The notes: generated by a model from the sequence alone, not told the origin. 63,758 nt of DNA, filler included, from Lama guanicoe (GCA_013239625.1; 74 parts of 74 records of this genome joined end to end with filler, not necessarily neighbours in it); one strand, 5' to 3'; shown: positions 24,117 through 36,091, counted from the first letter of the whole stretch. A program made the numbers and translations.

Positions 24117-24574
24117 ATACAAATGGCCATAGGCACATGAAAAAATGCTCAATATCACTAATTATCAGAGAAATGCAAATCAAAACTACAAGGAGCTATC
24201 ACCTCACATCAATCAGGTGGCCATCATTAAAAAGTCCACAAAAAAAAAATGCTGGAGAGGCGGTGGAGAAAAAGGAGCCCTCCTACACTGTTGGTGGGAA
24301 TGTAGTTTAGTGAAGCCAGTATGGAAAAACAGTATGGAGCTTCCTCAAGAAGCTAAAAATAAACTTACCCTATGATCCAGCAATCCTACTCCTGGGCATA
24401 TATTTGGAGGAATCTCTAATTCAGAAATATACCTACACCCCAATGTTCATAACAGCATTATATACAATAGCCAAGACATGGAAATGAACTAAATGTCCAC
24501 TGACATTTAGTGGACATGACAGATAACTGGATAAAGAAGTTGTGGTATATTTACACAACGGAATACTACTCAGC
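24117..24574 (+). mobile_element. 5'-truncated LINE-1 (ORF2 C-terminus)
   Basis: [15 protein letters not shown]...; L1 similarity begins abruptly at about 24117. Confidence 0.93.
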
Positions 24575-24674
24575 NNNNNNNNNNNNNNNNNNNNNNNNNN
24601 NNNNNNNNNNNNNNNNNNTTAATTAATTAANNNNNNNNNNNNNNNNNNNNNNNNNNNNNNNNNNNNNNNNNNNN

Positions 24675-25055
24675 ATTTGTTATATAAAATATGGCTGTCC
24701 AGATTCCAGATTGATCCTTTTGCTTACAGATACCCAGCTGTCCCTGCACCATGTGTTGAATAGACTATTCTTTCAATGGAGTGTTGTTGGCACCATTGTG
24801 GAAAACTGTCTGTAAATGTAAGTTTTTACCCCCTGGGTTTTTATTGTGTCTCATAGATTTATTTATCATTTATCAAAACTTATGCCAGCACCATACTGAC
24901 TTGTGTACTATAGCTTTTTAGTACCCTTTAAAGTGAGTCCTCCAACTTTGCTCTTCTTTTTCAAAGTTGTTTTGACTGTCCTAGGCCCCTTGCACGTCCA
25001 TATGAATTTTGGGATAAGTTTGTCAATTTTTGCAAAGAAGTCAGCTGGAATTTTG
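24675..25055 (-). mobile_element. Old LINE-1 ORF2 fragment
   Basis: gagtcctccaactttgctcttctttttcaaagttgttttgact...catatgaattttgggataagtttgtcaattt. Confidence 0.85.
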
Positions 25056-25155
25056 NNNNNNNNNNNNNNNNNNNNNNNNNNNNNNNNNNNNNNNNNNNNT
25101 TAATTAATTAANNNNNNNNNNNNNNNNNNNNNNNNNNNNNNNNNNNNNNNNNNNN

Positions 25156-25878
25156 ACTGTTTTTAATTTGGGGTCTTTAATTTTTAAATATTGAGACTAA
25201 TATGCTATATATATATATTATGGATTTTAACATCTTATTGGTCTCATTGTCTGAAATTTTTCCTTCTATTCTGTCTGTTATCATATGTCTTGTTGAAGTT
25301 TTCCTTTGCTCTGCAAAAGTTTTTGCACTTCACACTTATAAAAGAAATAGAATCCCTTTATCACAGAATATATCTATTTTTTCCTCAGTAAACTAAAAAC
25401 TGTAATTGTTAGGTTTTTTTTTTTTATTTAGGAGACAGATCAAAAATAAAGATTGCTATGATTTATTTCAAAGTCAGTTCTGCTCCTGTTCTTGGTCTTA
25501 TAGTTTCTTGGTTCTTATAGTTTCATGCTTTACATTTAGGTAATTAATCCATTTTTATCTCATTTTTTGTACTATGGAAGAAAGTAGTTTTTCATCTTCC
25601 TTTTACATGTACTGTCCTGTTTTCTCAGAACTACTTTTTGAAAAGACTGCATTTTTTCCATTTTATACTCTTGTCTCCTTCATTATAGACTAATTGATCA
25701 TAGTGTGTGGGTTTATTTTCGGACTCTTTATTTTGTTCCATTGATCTCTGTGTTTCTATAAGTGCTATATTTTGATGAATTGATTACTGTAACTTTGTAG
25801 TATGTTATAAACTCAGGGAGGGTAATATTCACAGCTTCATTCATTTTTCAAAATAATTTTAGAAAATTTGGGACTTTC
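25156..25878 (-). mobile_element. Old LINE-1 ORF2 fragment
   Basis: cttatagtttcatgctttacatttagg...gactaattgatcatagtgtgtgggtttatttt. Confidence 0.85.
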
Positions 25879-26501
25879 NNNNNNNNNNNNNNNNNNNNNN
25901 NNNNNNNNNNNNNNNNNNNNNNTTAATTAATTAANNNNNNNNNNNNNNNNNNNNNNNNNNNNNNNNNNNNNNNNNNNNTCTACCCGTGCAGATGTGGCTG
26001 GAGGATGTCCAGCTTCCTCACTGATTTTCCCCAACAGCGTGGTCCTCTCCCACCCCTGGATGTGAGGTTGGGAGCTCTCTGAGTAGGCCAGTCAGAGGCC
26101 GAGTCCACCAATCAGAAAATAAGGAAGTACCTGGAAGTGGGTTTAATAGAAGACAAGGGCTTCCAGGTTGTCAGATGGGCTGTTCGAGTCCATTTGGTGA
26201 AAAGCTGTCCACTGTCTGTGGTTGAGCTACTTCTTTGCTGTTGAAAAGTCTGGAGTAGATGAAGGGATTTTAAAAAGCAGAAAGGAGTGATTTCNNNNNN
26301 NNNNNNNNNNNNNNNNNNNNNNNNNNNNNNNNNNNNNNNNNNNNNNNNNNNNNNNNNNNNNNNNNNNNNNNNNNNNNNNNNNNNNNNNNNNNNNNNNNNN
26401 NNNNNNNNNNNNNNNNNNNNNNNNNNNNNNNNNGCTGAGAGGGCACGTAACTGATGATGGCAGAAAGGACACGGAGGCATCAAAAAGGTCCCAGACATGT
26501 T

Positions 26502-26766
26502 CTGTGTTTAGAGGATGGGGCACAGAGTAACATATTTGAGCTGGTTTTTCATTGAACACTTTTGAGTATTTTCTAGGACTCCCCAATCCCCCATGGTTCC
26601 ATGCAGCTGGGTGTCCCCTCAGTGCAGCTCTGTCAGCGCTTGCCCTGGGCTGACGCGGTGTCACGGGAAGCAGGACGGTCAGCGTCCCCGGCTCCTCCGA
26701 GCTCCGTCTCCTCATCCGCAGAGCCGGGTTTCTCATCCGTGTCTACTTAGTAGGGTTGCTGAGAAT
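26502..26766. repeat. Paralogous segment shared, inverted, with 38094-38355
   Basis: Both give the conceptual peptide MRNPALRMRRRSSEEPGTLTVL.PVT.RQPRASAD.AALR.HPAAW, on opposite strands. Confidence 0.93.
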
Positions 26767-26950
26767 CACACGTGATGCTTCAGGTGTGAATTGTGGTTGT
26801 CTCTGTGATTGGCATAGAGTTAATATTTGATAGAAACACTTGTTTTTTTANNNNNNNNNNNNNNNNNNNNNNNNNNNNNNNNNNNNNNNNNNNNTTAATT
26901 AATTAANNNNNNNNNNNNNNNNNNNNNNNNNNNNNNNNNNNNNNNNNNNN

Positions 26951-27807
26951 AATGCAGAACACAGAATTTAGAATATAGAATACAGATTTCTGAATATAGT
27001 AATTGGAATATAGAAAGTTGAACACACTATTTAGAATATAGAATACAGAATACTGAATATAGAATTTAGAATATAGAATACAGAATACTGAAGATAGAAT
27101 TTAGAATATAGAATACAGAATACTGAAGATAGAATTTAGAATATAGAATACAGAATACTGAAGATAGAATTTAGAATATAGAATACAGAATACTGAAGAT
27201 AGAATTTAGAATATAGAATACAGAATACTGAAGATAGAATTTAGAATATAGAATGTAGAACACAGAGTTTAGAATATAAATTACTGAATGCATAAAATAA
27301 AATTTAAAATATAAAACGAAGAACACAGAATAGAAAATAAAGAATATAGAAGCCAGAATTTAGAACATTTAATGCAGAACACATAATTTAGAATATATAG
27401 TATACAGAATAATTAATGTACAATTTAGAATATTGAATGTAGGACACAGAATATAGAACGTAGAATACAGAATATAGAACACAGGACTTAGAACATGGAA
27501 TGCAGAAAACAGAATTTAGAATATACAATACAGAATACTGAATATAGAATTTAGATTATACAATGTAATACACAGAAAAATGTAATACACAGAATATAGA
27601 ATATGGGAAACAGAATACAGAACCAAGAATTTAGAACATGGAATGCAGAACACAGAATTTAGAGTATAGAATACAGAATAGTGTCTATAGAATTTAAAAT
27701 ATGAAATGTAGAACAGAGAATATTGAATATATAATACGGAATACTGAGTATAAAATTAAGAACATAGAATGCGGAACACAGAATTTTGAATATAGAATAT
27801 GGAATAC
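26951..27807 (-). repeat. AT-rich heptamer satellite with a perfect 35-bp x5 block
   Basis: agaatttagaatatagaatacagaatactgaagat repeated exactly at 27061-27235. Confidence 0.96.
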
Positions 27808-27907
27808 NNNNNNNNNNNNNNNNNNNNNNNNNNNNNNNNNNNNNNNNNNNNTTAATTAATTAANNNNNNNNNNNNNNNNNNNNNNNNNNNNNNNNNNNNN
27901 NNNNNNN

Positions 27908-29030
27908 CTCAATGATAATGGTTCCGGAATCCTGAGCTGGGGAGGGTCCACTAACGGTTGGCAGCGCTTGGGATCTAACGGAATGCCTAAGCTCGTCTGC
28001 CCTGATTTTTTTNNNNNNNNNNNNNNNNNNNNNNNNNNNNNNNNNNNNNNNNNNNNNNNNNNNNNNNNNNNNNNNNNNNNNNNNNNNNNNNNNNNNNNNN
28101 NNNNNNNNNNNNNNNNNNNNNNNNNNNNNNNNNNNNNNNNNNNNNNNNNNNNNNNNNNNNNNNNNNNNNNNNNNNNNNNNNNNNNNNNNNNNNNNNNNNN
28201 NNNNNNNNNNNNNNNNNNNNNNNNNNNNNNNNNNNNNNNNNNNNNNNNNNNNNNNNNNNNNNNNNNNNNNNNNNNNNNNNNNNNNNNNNNNNNNNNNNNN
28301 NNNNNNNNNNNNNNNNNNNNNNNNNNNNNNNNNNNNNNNNNNNNNNNNNNNNNNNNNNNNNNNNNNNNNNNNNNNNNNNNNNNNNNNNNNNNNNNNNNNN
28401 NNNNNNNNNNNNNNNNNNNNNNNNNNNNNNNNNNNNNNNNNNNNNNNNNNNNNNNNNNNNNNNNNNNNNNNNNNNNNNNNNNNNNNNNNNNNNNNNNNNN
28501 NNNNNNNNNNNNNNNNNNNNNNNNNNNNNCATCACCCCTTTTTCCTGATGTCTCTGTGCCATGGAACGCTAGGGGTGTTTTCAGGAAATCCCAGAGATAG
28601 AGGCTGCCTCCCTAAGGTGAGGGAAGTTAGTTCTCGGACTTCCCCCAAACCGGAACGACTGTGACTGAAGAGAGCTGCGTGGAGTTGTCCATTGAGCTCC
28701 CCCATGCACTGATTATGGTTCCGGAATCCTGATCGTGGGGATGTTCCACCAACGGTCGGCAGCGCGTGGGTTCTAACGGATTGCCTTAGCTCATCTTCCC
28801 TGAGTGTTTTCCTAATGTCTGGCTGCCAGGGATTGCTAGGGAACTGCGCTGCAATTCCCAGGGTCAGTGACTGCTACCCCAAGGTCAAGGAATATATTTT
28901 TCAGACTTCCCCCGAACAGGGAACACCTGTGACTGAAGAGAACTGCCTGGAGTTGTCTCTCATGCTCCCCTACGCACTGAATATGGTTTCGGAATAATGA
29001 GCGTGGGGAGCTTCCAGCAACTGTCGGCAG
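27908..29030 (-). repeat. 267-bp satellite, diverged copies (gap 28013-28529)
   Basis: tgtgactgaagaga..tgc.tggagttgtc and ggttccggaatcctga motifs. Confidence 0.92.
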
Positions 29031-29130
29031 NNNNNNNNNNNNNNNNNNNNNNNNNNNNNNNNNNNNNNNNNNNNTTAATTAATTAANNNNNNNNNNNNNN
29101 NNNNNNNNNNNNNNNNNNNNNNNNNNNNNN

Positions 29131-29835
29131 CACCATTTCTAATAACGGCAGAACTAGAGAATTCCACAGAACAGCAAATATTAAAAGAATTCAGCAGCTC
29201 AAACTTATCCTACAAGAATGGTTGAGAAATCTACCCTGAATAGAAAAGCAGCAAGATGAAACGGAAAGAAGAAACCATTATTGAAAATGCAAGAAGAGCA
29301 TATGTGGCAAAGTAGAAACAAGAAGAAGGCAAGGTGGTCATCAAAACCCTAAAAATGGGAGAGGGAAGCAGGAAATCATAGGTGATTGGAAGCACTCTCT
29401 TAAGTGAATCAGCTTATTTGACTCTCTGTTTGAAGCGAAAGGAAAGATGCATAGCCTGACGTGTTTGCAAAACACGAGAAGCAGACCAACAAAGAATCAA
29501 GCCAACCAACAAGCACCAAAATGGTACGGATGGCTGAAATTTACCAAGGGAATCATGAATATTCAAAAGAAAATACTCAAGGGGATGTCAAGGGTCATTC
29601 AGCACCCATCGACTTAGTATCGCAGCTTGCATGTACTCAGCGCACTTGTATTCGGAAATCAGAGGCGTGCATTCATATTCGTAAATATTGATTCATAAGA
29701 GCATATCGTGACCTAACCCAAATGCCGATTTGGAATCAAATGGATTCCTAGTCCGTGATGTAGACTTGTATGTCTTCCAACAGGATGAAGGAATGCCATA
29801 TTCTACGCTACGTAGGGAAGAAATGAAAGAAGCGT
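29131..29835 (+). mobile_element. Highly diverged, rearranged L1-derived sequence (ORF1 end/inter-ORF joined to 3' region)
   Basis: cagaactagagaattc (LREF-like ORF1 end) and catcaaaaccctaaaaatgggagagggaag (inter-ORF-like). Then aacccaaatgcc...aatggat...gaatgccata, resembling the L1 3' region. Confidence 0.45.
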
Positions 29836-30359
29836 ATAACAAAGGCATGCAGCTCTGCCAAAGTGTACTAAGGGCAAAAGACAGCAGGTAAAGTGCACAT
29901 TGGGGTTGGTTTCATTTCTTGGAATTTNNNNNNNNNNNNNNNNNNNNNNNNNNNNNNNNNNNNNNNNNNNNTTAATTAATTAANNNNNNNNNNNNNNNNN
30001 NNNNNNNNNNNNNNNNNNNNNNNNNNNCAGCTGGCCTCCTTCTTGCCAGGTTGGGTGGGATCCTGGTCCTCAGCCCCTGCCGCAGCACTGGTGGGTTTGG
30101 GGGACCCCGCAGCCTCTTAAACAAGCTCCTGGACCCCCTTGCCAGCCACTTGGCATACCTTCTCCCTTCTGGCTGCCAGCATTTCTTTAATATTCCTCTT
30201 CCCATCCAGGTCCGAGAACCACCCTAGGTTGTCGGGGATGGTGTGGTGTGTCTGGCAGCCAGGACAGGTCACAATGACCACACCCTGGTGATAGGCAAAC
30301 TTGGAGATATGCTTGGAGGACCTAGTCCCAGAGACATTGCAGGTGATGACTAGCTGGTA

Positions 30360-31663
30360 GTGCGCGGGCGCGGGTCCCTTCTCAGAGCTGGAGGGACGCC
30401 AGCCCCAGCCCCAGGCCCGCCTTCACCCTGCGGCCTTCATGCAGGCACCGAGCCCCCAGCCGCCACCTCAGGCCAAGCATCCGGGAGTCGCGCGCCTCTC
30501 AACAGTCTCGGCAGGCGTCTCAGCGCTGTCCACAGGATCCCGCCCGCCCGCAGGCCCCACGCGCCATGATCTGCGCAGCGGAGACCGACCCCCGCCCCGG
30601 CTCTCCCCGCGCNNNNNNNNNNNNNNNNNNNNNNNNNNNNNNNNNNNNNNNNNNNNNNNNNNNNNNNNNNNNNNNNNNNNNNNNNNNNNNNNNNNNNNNN
30701 NNNNNNNNNNNNNNNNNNNNNNNNNNNNNNNNNNNNNNNNNNNNNNNNNNNNNNNNNNNNNNNNNNNNNNNNNNNNNNNNNNNNNNNNNNNNNNNNNNNN
30801 NNNNNNNNNNNNNNNNNNNNNNNNNNNNNNNNNNNNNNNNNNNNNNNNNNNNNNNNNNNNNNNNNNNNNNNNNNNNNNNNNNNNNNNNNNNNNNNNNNNN
30901 NNNNNNNNNNNNNNNNNNNNNNNNNNNNNNNNNNNNNNNNNNNNNNNNNNNNNNNNNNNNNNNNNNNNNNNNNNNNNNNNNNNNNNNNNNNNNNNNNNNN
31001 NNNNNNNNNNNNNNNNNNNNNNNNNNNNNNNNNNNNNNNNNNNNNNNNNNNNNNNNNNNNNNNNNNNNNNNNNNNNNNNNNNNNNNNNNNNNNNNNNNNN
31101 NNNNNNNNNNNNNNNNNNNNNNNNNNNNNNNNNNNNNNNNNNNNNNNNNNNNNNNNNNNNNNNNNNNNNNNNNNNNNNNNNNNNNNNNNNNNNNNNNNNN
31201 NNNNNNNNNNNNNNNNNNNNNNNNNNNNNNNNNNNNNNNNNNNNNNNNNNNNNNNNNNNNNNNNNNNNNNNNNNNNNNNNNNNNNNNNNNNNNNNNNNNN
31301 NNNNNNNNNNNNNNNNNNNNNNNNNNNNNNNNNNNNNNNNNNNNNNNNNNNNNNNNNNNNNNNNNNNNNNNNNNNNNNNNNNNNNNNNNNNNNNNNNNNN
31401 NNNNNNNNNNNNNNNNNNNNNNNNNNNNNNNNNNNNNNNNNNNNNNNNNNNNNNNNNNNNNNNNNNNNNNNNNNNNNNNNNNNNNNNNNNNCGCCCCCCG
31501 CCCCAGCTGTCCCGCCGCAGCCGAGATCGCACCCCGCCCCAAGCCCTGGCTTTCCCGGCGCGGCCGAGAACGGCCCCCGCCCTGGCTCTCCCCGCGCAGC
31601 GGACGCCGCCCCCCGCCCCGGCTCACCCCGCCCAGCCGAGACCGCCCCAACCGGGCTCTCCGC
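30360..31663. promoter_or_regulatory. CpG island-like region (gap 30613-31491)
   Basis: Very high GC and CpG density on both sides of the gap, with many CCCCGCCCC GC boxes. Confidence 0.6.
30572..31663. repeat. GC-rich ~36-bp minisatellite (VNTR)
   Basis: Unit like cgcccccgccccggctctccccgcgcagcggagac, seen once before the gap and about 5 times after it. Confidence 0.8.
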
Positions 31664-31763
31664 NNNNNNNNNNNNNNNNNNNNNNNNNNNNNNNNNNNNN
31701 NNNNNNNTTAATTAATTAANNNNNNNNNNNNNNNNNNNNNNNNNNNNNNNNNNNNNNNNNNNN

Positions 31764-32194
31764 ATGGGTATACAATTAGCTGTTTGAGTCCCTGATTTCA
31801 GTTGTTCTGAGTATATGCCTGGGGGTGGAATTGCTGGGTCATATGGTGATCCTGTGTTTGACTTTTTGAGTACCTGGCAAACTATTTTCCACAGCAGTTT
31901 CACTATTATACATTCCCACCTGAAATATGTAAGGGTTCCAATTTCTCTACCTCCTCTCCAACATTTGCTATTTTCTGTTTTTTTGCCCTAATTATAACCA
32001 TCCTAGTAGGTGAGAAATGGTATCTTACTGTGGCTCCGATTCGCATTTTTCTAATGACTAACAGTGGTATCTTTTTGTATGCTTTATTGGCTGTTTGTTT
32101 ATCTTTAAAGAAATGCCTATTCAAGTTCTTCGCCCACTTTAAAACTGGGTTGTTTGTCTTTTTGTTGTTGAGTTTTATATATATTTTATATTCT
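31764..32194 (-). mobile_element. Old LINE-1 ORF2 3' fragment
   Basis: MNRHFFKD...RYHFSPTRMVII...NVGEEVEKLEPL and PYDPAIP. Confidence 0.92.
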
Positions 32195-32294
32195 NNNNNN
32201 NNNNNNNNNNNNNNNNNNNNNNNNNNNNNNNNNNNNNNTTAATTAATTAANNNNNNNNNNNNNNNNNNNNNNNNNNNNNNNNNNNNNNNNNNNN

Positions 32295-32630
32295 GGATGC
32301 TGTAACAAATTACCGTGGGTCGGGTGGCTTAAACAACCAGCATTTTTCTTAAGTTTTGGAGGCTGAGGTCAATGTATCTGGGAGAGAATAGCCTTCATGG
32401 CTCGAAGATGGCTGTCTTCCCTCTATCTTCATGGGCCAGAGAGCAGAGAGAAGCAAGCAATCTGGGACCCTTTATAACAGCACTAATCCCATTCATGAGG
32501 GCTCTACTCTCATGACTTCACTTTATCCTAGTAATCACCTCCCAAAGGCCCCGCCTCCCATACCATCACCCTGGGAGATGGGGTTTTGACATATGGATTT
32601 TGAGAGGATGCAAACATTCAGCCCACACAT
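32295..32630 (-). mobile_element. MaLR LTR (MLT1A/B-like)
   Basis: gctgtaacaaattacc...ggtggcttaaacaac...cactaatcccattcatgagggctct...cacctcccaaaggcccc...caaacattcag. Confidence 0.88.
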
Positions 32631-33191
32631 TGGCTAACTCTCCCCAACATGCAGTCATCAAACCTGTAGCTAATATCAAAGTAATGTTTATATCCCTCTG
32701 CACATTTCCATTCCTGCATCCCCTAACACTGAAGCCCTGTTATTTTATTCCTTATTTTTTCTGGTAGAGATTTAATTGATTCCTCTAATCCAATGCTCTC
32801 CTCACTCCAAACAGTCGTCTTAACAGCCCTGCCAGGTAGGTCTTCCTTAAGACACCTTCCCACTGCACCTGGTTGTTTTTCAGTATAAATGTCAGAATCC
32901 TCTCCACACCCCAGCCTANNNNNNNNNNNNNNNNNNNNNNNNNNNNNNNNNNNNNNNNNNNNNNNNNNNNNNNNNNNNNNNNNNNNNNNNNNNNNNNNNN
33001 NNNNNNNNNNNNNNNNNNNNNNNNNNNNNNNNNNNTGTCAGGGATCCAACACAGTTCTCATTGAGCTAAATTCAACTTAACAGCAGGGTTCNNNNNNNNN
33101 NNNNNNNNNNNNNNNNNNNNNNNNNNNNNNNNNNNTTAATTAATTAANNNNNNNNNNNNNNNNNNNNNNNNNNNNNNNNNNNNNNNNNNNN

Positions 33192-33321
33192 TCTGTTTCC
33201 TAGTGCCCGTTTGAAGTGCCTGCCGTTTTCACTGTAAAATAGAAATGGAGCTTGTACCTCCCCATATATATGTATGGAGTGGAGTCTGCAACTGAAAAGA
33301 AACTTTGTGTTCCCTTCAAGC
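33192..33321 (+). repeat. 249-bp satellite, forward arm
   Basis: Same orientation as 13196-14002. Confidence 0.93.
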
Positions 33322-33328
33322 GACTTTC

Positions 33329-34035
33329 CAGTTCCAAACTCCACTCCATACATATATATGGGGAGGTAGAAGCTCCAACTCGGTTTTACAGTGAAAACTG
33401 CAGAAACTTCAAACCGGCACTAGGAAACAGACTGAGAACCCAGAGTAAGGGTTTCTCCTGCAACCCGTTCCCTTGGTGCTGGATGAACGAACGTCTCTCC
33501 ACATGCTCAGTTCTGAGAGATAAGTGTGTGTGAAAGCCGTCCTTCACCTTACTTGAAGGGAACACAAAATTTCTTGTCAGTTGCAAACTCCACTCCATAC
33601 ATATATATGGGGAGGAACAAGCTTCAACTTTATTTTACAGTGCAAACCGCAGAAACTTCAAACCGGCACTAGGAAACAGACTGAAAAACCAGAGTAAGTG
33701 TTTCTCCTGCAACCTGTTCCCTTTGTGCTAGATGAACGAACGTCTCTCCACATGCTCAGTTTTGAGAGTTAAGCGTGTGTGAAAGCCGTCCTTCACCTTA
33801 CTTGAAGGGAACACAAAATTTCTTGTCAGTTGCAAACTCCACTCCATACATATATATGGGGAGGAACAAGCTTCAACTTTATTTTACAGTGCAAACCGCA
33901 GAAACTTCAAACCGGCACTAGGAAACAGACTGAGAAACCAAAGTAAGTGTTTCTCCTGCCACCCGTTCCCTTTGTGCTAGATGAAAGATCGTCTCTCCAC
34001 ATGCTAAGTTCTGAGAGATAAATGTGTGTGAAAGC
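33329..34035 (-). repeat. 249-bp satellite, reverse arm (about 2.8 monomers)
   Basis: acatgct at 33501, 33750 and 33999 (249-bp spacing); reverse complement of the 13196 unit. Confidence 0.96.
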
Positions 34036-34135
34036 NNNNNNNNNNNNNNNNNNNNNNNNNNNNNNNNNNNNNNNNNNNNTTAATTAATTAANNNNNNNNN
34101 NNNNNNNNNNNNNNNNNNNNNNNNNNNNNNNNNNN

Positions 34136-34718
34136 GTTTAAATTTCAAAACTGAGCATGTGGAAAGTCTGTCGTTCATCTAGCAGAAAGTGAACAGGTTG
34201 CAGGGGAAACACTTACTCTGGTTTCTCTGTCTGTTTCCTAGTGCCGGTTTGAAGTTCCTGAATTTTTCACCGAAAACCCGAGTTGGAGCTTGTACCTACC
34301 CATATATATATGAATGTAGTGGAGTCTGCAACTGAAGAGAAACTTTGTGTTCCCAACAAGCTAGGTGAAGTACGGCTTTTACACATGCTTAACTCTCAAA
34401 ACTGAGCATGTGGAGAGACGTTCGTTCATCTAGCACAAAGGGAACAGGTTGCAGGAGAAACACTAACTCTGGTTTCTCAGTCTGTTTCCTAGTGCCGGTT
34501 TGAAGTTCCTTCAGTTTTCACTGTAAAACCTAGTTGGAGCTGGTACTTCTCCATATATATGTATGGTGTGGAGTCTGCAACTGAAGAGAAACTTTGTGTT
34601 CCCAACAATCTAGGTGAAGGGTGGCTTTCACAAACGCTTAAACCTCATCCCTCAAAACTGAGCATGTGAAGACACGTTCGTTCATCTAGCACAAAGGGAA
34701 CAGGTTGCAGGAGAAACA
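34136..34718 (+). repeat. 249-bp satellite
   Basis: aaaactgagcatgtg recurs three times. Confidence 0.95.
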
Positions 34719-34818
34719 NNNNNNNNNNNNNNNNNNNNNNNNNNNNNNNNNNNNNNNNNNNNTTAATTAATTAANNNNNNNNNNNNNNNNNNNNNNNNNN
34801 NNNNNNNNNNNNNNNNNN

Positions 34819-35383
34819 AATTCTGTGTTCTGCATTCCATGCTCTATATACTGGTTTCTTTATTCTATATTCTGTGTTCTACATTCTATATTCTAAATTG
34901 CATTTTCAGAATTCTATATTCTATATTCTAAGTCCTGAGTTCTGCATTCCTTGTTCTATATACTGTGTTCTATATCCTGTATTCTATATTCAATTTTCTG
35001 TGTTTTTCATTCTATATTCTTAATTCTATATTCTGCATTCTGTATTCTATATTCTAAGCTCTGTGTTCTACATTCTATAATGTGTCCTGCATTCCATGTT
35101 CTAAATTCTGGGTTCTATATTCTCTATTCTCTATTCTTTTTCCTACATTCTATATTATATTTTCTATATTCAGTATTATGTATTCTATATTCTAATTTGT
35201 GTTCTTCATTCCATGTTCTTAATCTGTATTCAGTATTCTGTATTCGATATCTAAATTTTGTGTTCTGCATTCCATGTTCTAAATTCTGTGTTCTGTATTC
35301 TGTTTTCCATATTCTATATTCTGTGTCCTACATTCTATATTCTGTATTCTATATTATGCATTCCTTATTCTATATTCTACATT
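34819..35383 (+). repeat. AT-rich heptamer satellite
   Basis: ATTCTAT periodicity. Confidence 0.95.
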
Positions 35384-35769
35384 NNNNNNNNNNNNNNNNN
35401 NNNNNNNNNNNNNNNNNNNNNNNNNNNNNNNNNNNNNNNNNNNNNNNNNNNNNNNNNNNNNNNNNNNNNNNNNNNNNNNNNNNNNNNNNNNNNNNNNNNN
35501 NNNNNNNNNNNNNNNNNNNNNNNNNNNNNNNNNNNNNNNNNNNNNNNNNNNNNNNNNNNNNNNNNNNNNNNNNNNNNNNNNNNNNNNNNNNNNNNNNNNN
35601 NNNNNNNNNNNNNNNNNNNNNNNNNNNNNNNNNNNNNNNNNNNNNNNNNNNNNNNNNNNNNNNNNNNNNNNNNNNNNNNNNNNNNNNNNNNNNNNNNNNN
35701 NNNNNNNNNNNNNNNNNNNNNNNNNNNNNNNTTCTATATTTGAATTTGTGTATTCTTTATTCAAATTTC

Positions 35770-35991
35770 TTAGTTCTTTTTTAGTTCTTGTTTTTACTGG
35801 CTTATATCCCCCCTTTTTTATATTCCATGTTTTTTTAATTTGAATGCTGTCATTTTTTCTCCCTGTATTTTTGTGATTGGTTTCTAATTTCATGGTATTA
35901 TACTCAGAAAATATGCTTGAAGTAATTTTTTTCTTCTCAAATTTTTTGAGGCTTCTTCTGTGCCTGAGTTCATAATCTTTCCTTGAAAATA
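35770..35991 (-). mobile_element. Degenerate LINE-1 ORF2 endonuclease-region fragment
   Basis: gattggtttctaatttcatggtattatactcagaaaatatgcttga...tttgaggctt...tccttgaaaat. Confidence 0.75.
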
Positions 35992-36091
35992 NNNNNNNNN
36001 NNNNNNNNNNNNNNNNNNNNNNNNNNNNNNNNNNNTTAATTAATTAANNNNNNNNNNNNNNNNNNNNNNNNNNNNNNNNNNNNNNNNNNNN

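Noticed and set aside
30439..31719. Long ORFs of 350-430 aa, and all other X-filled ORFs
   Set aside because: Their length comes from N gaps and GC-rich VNTR sequence.
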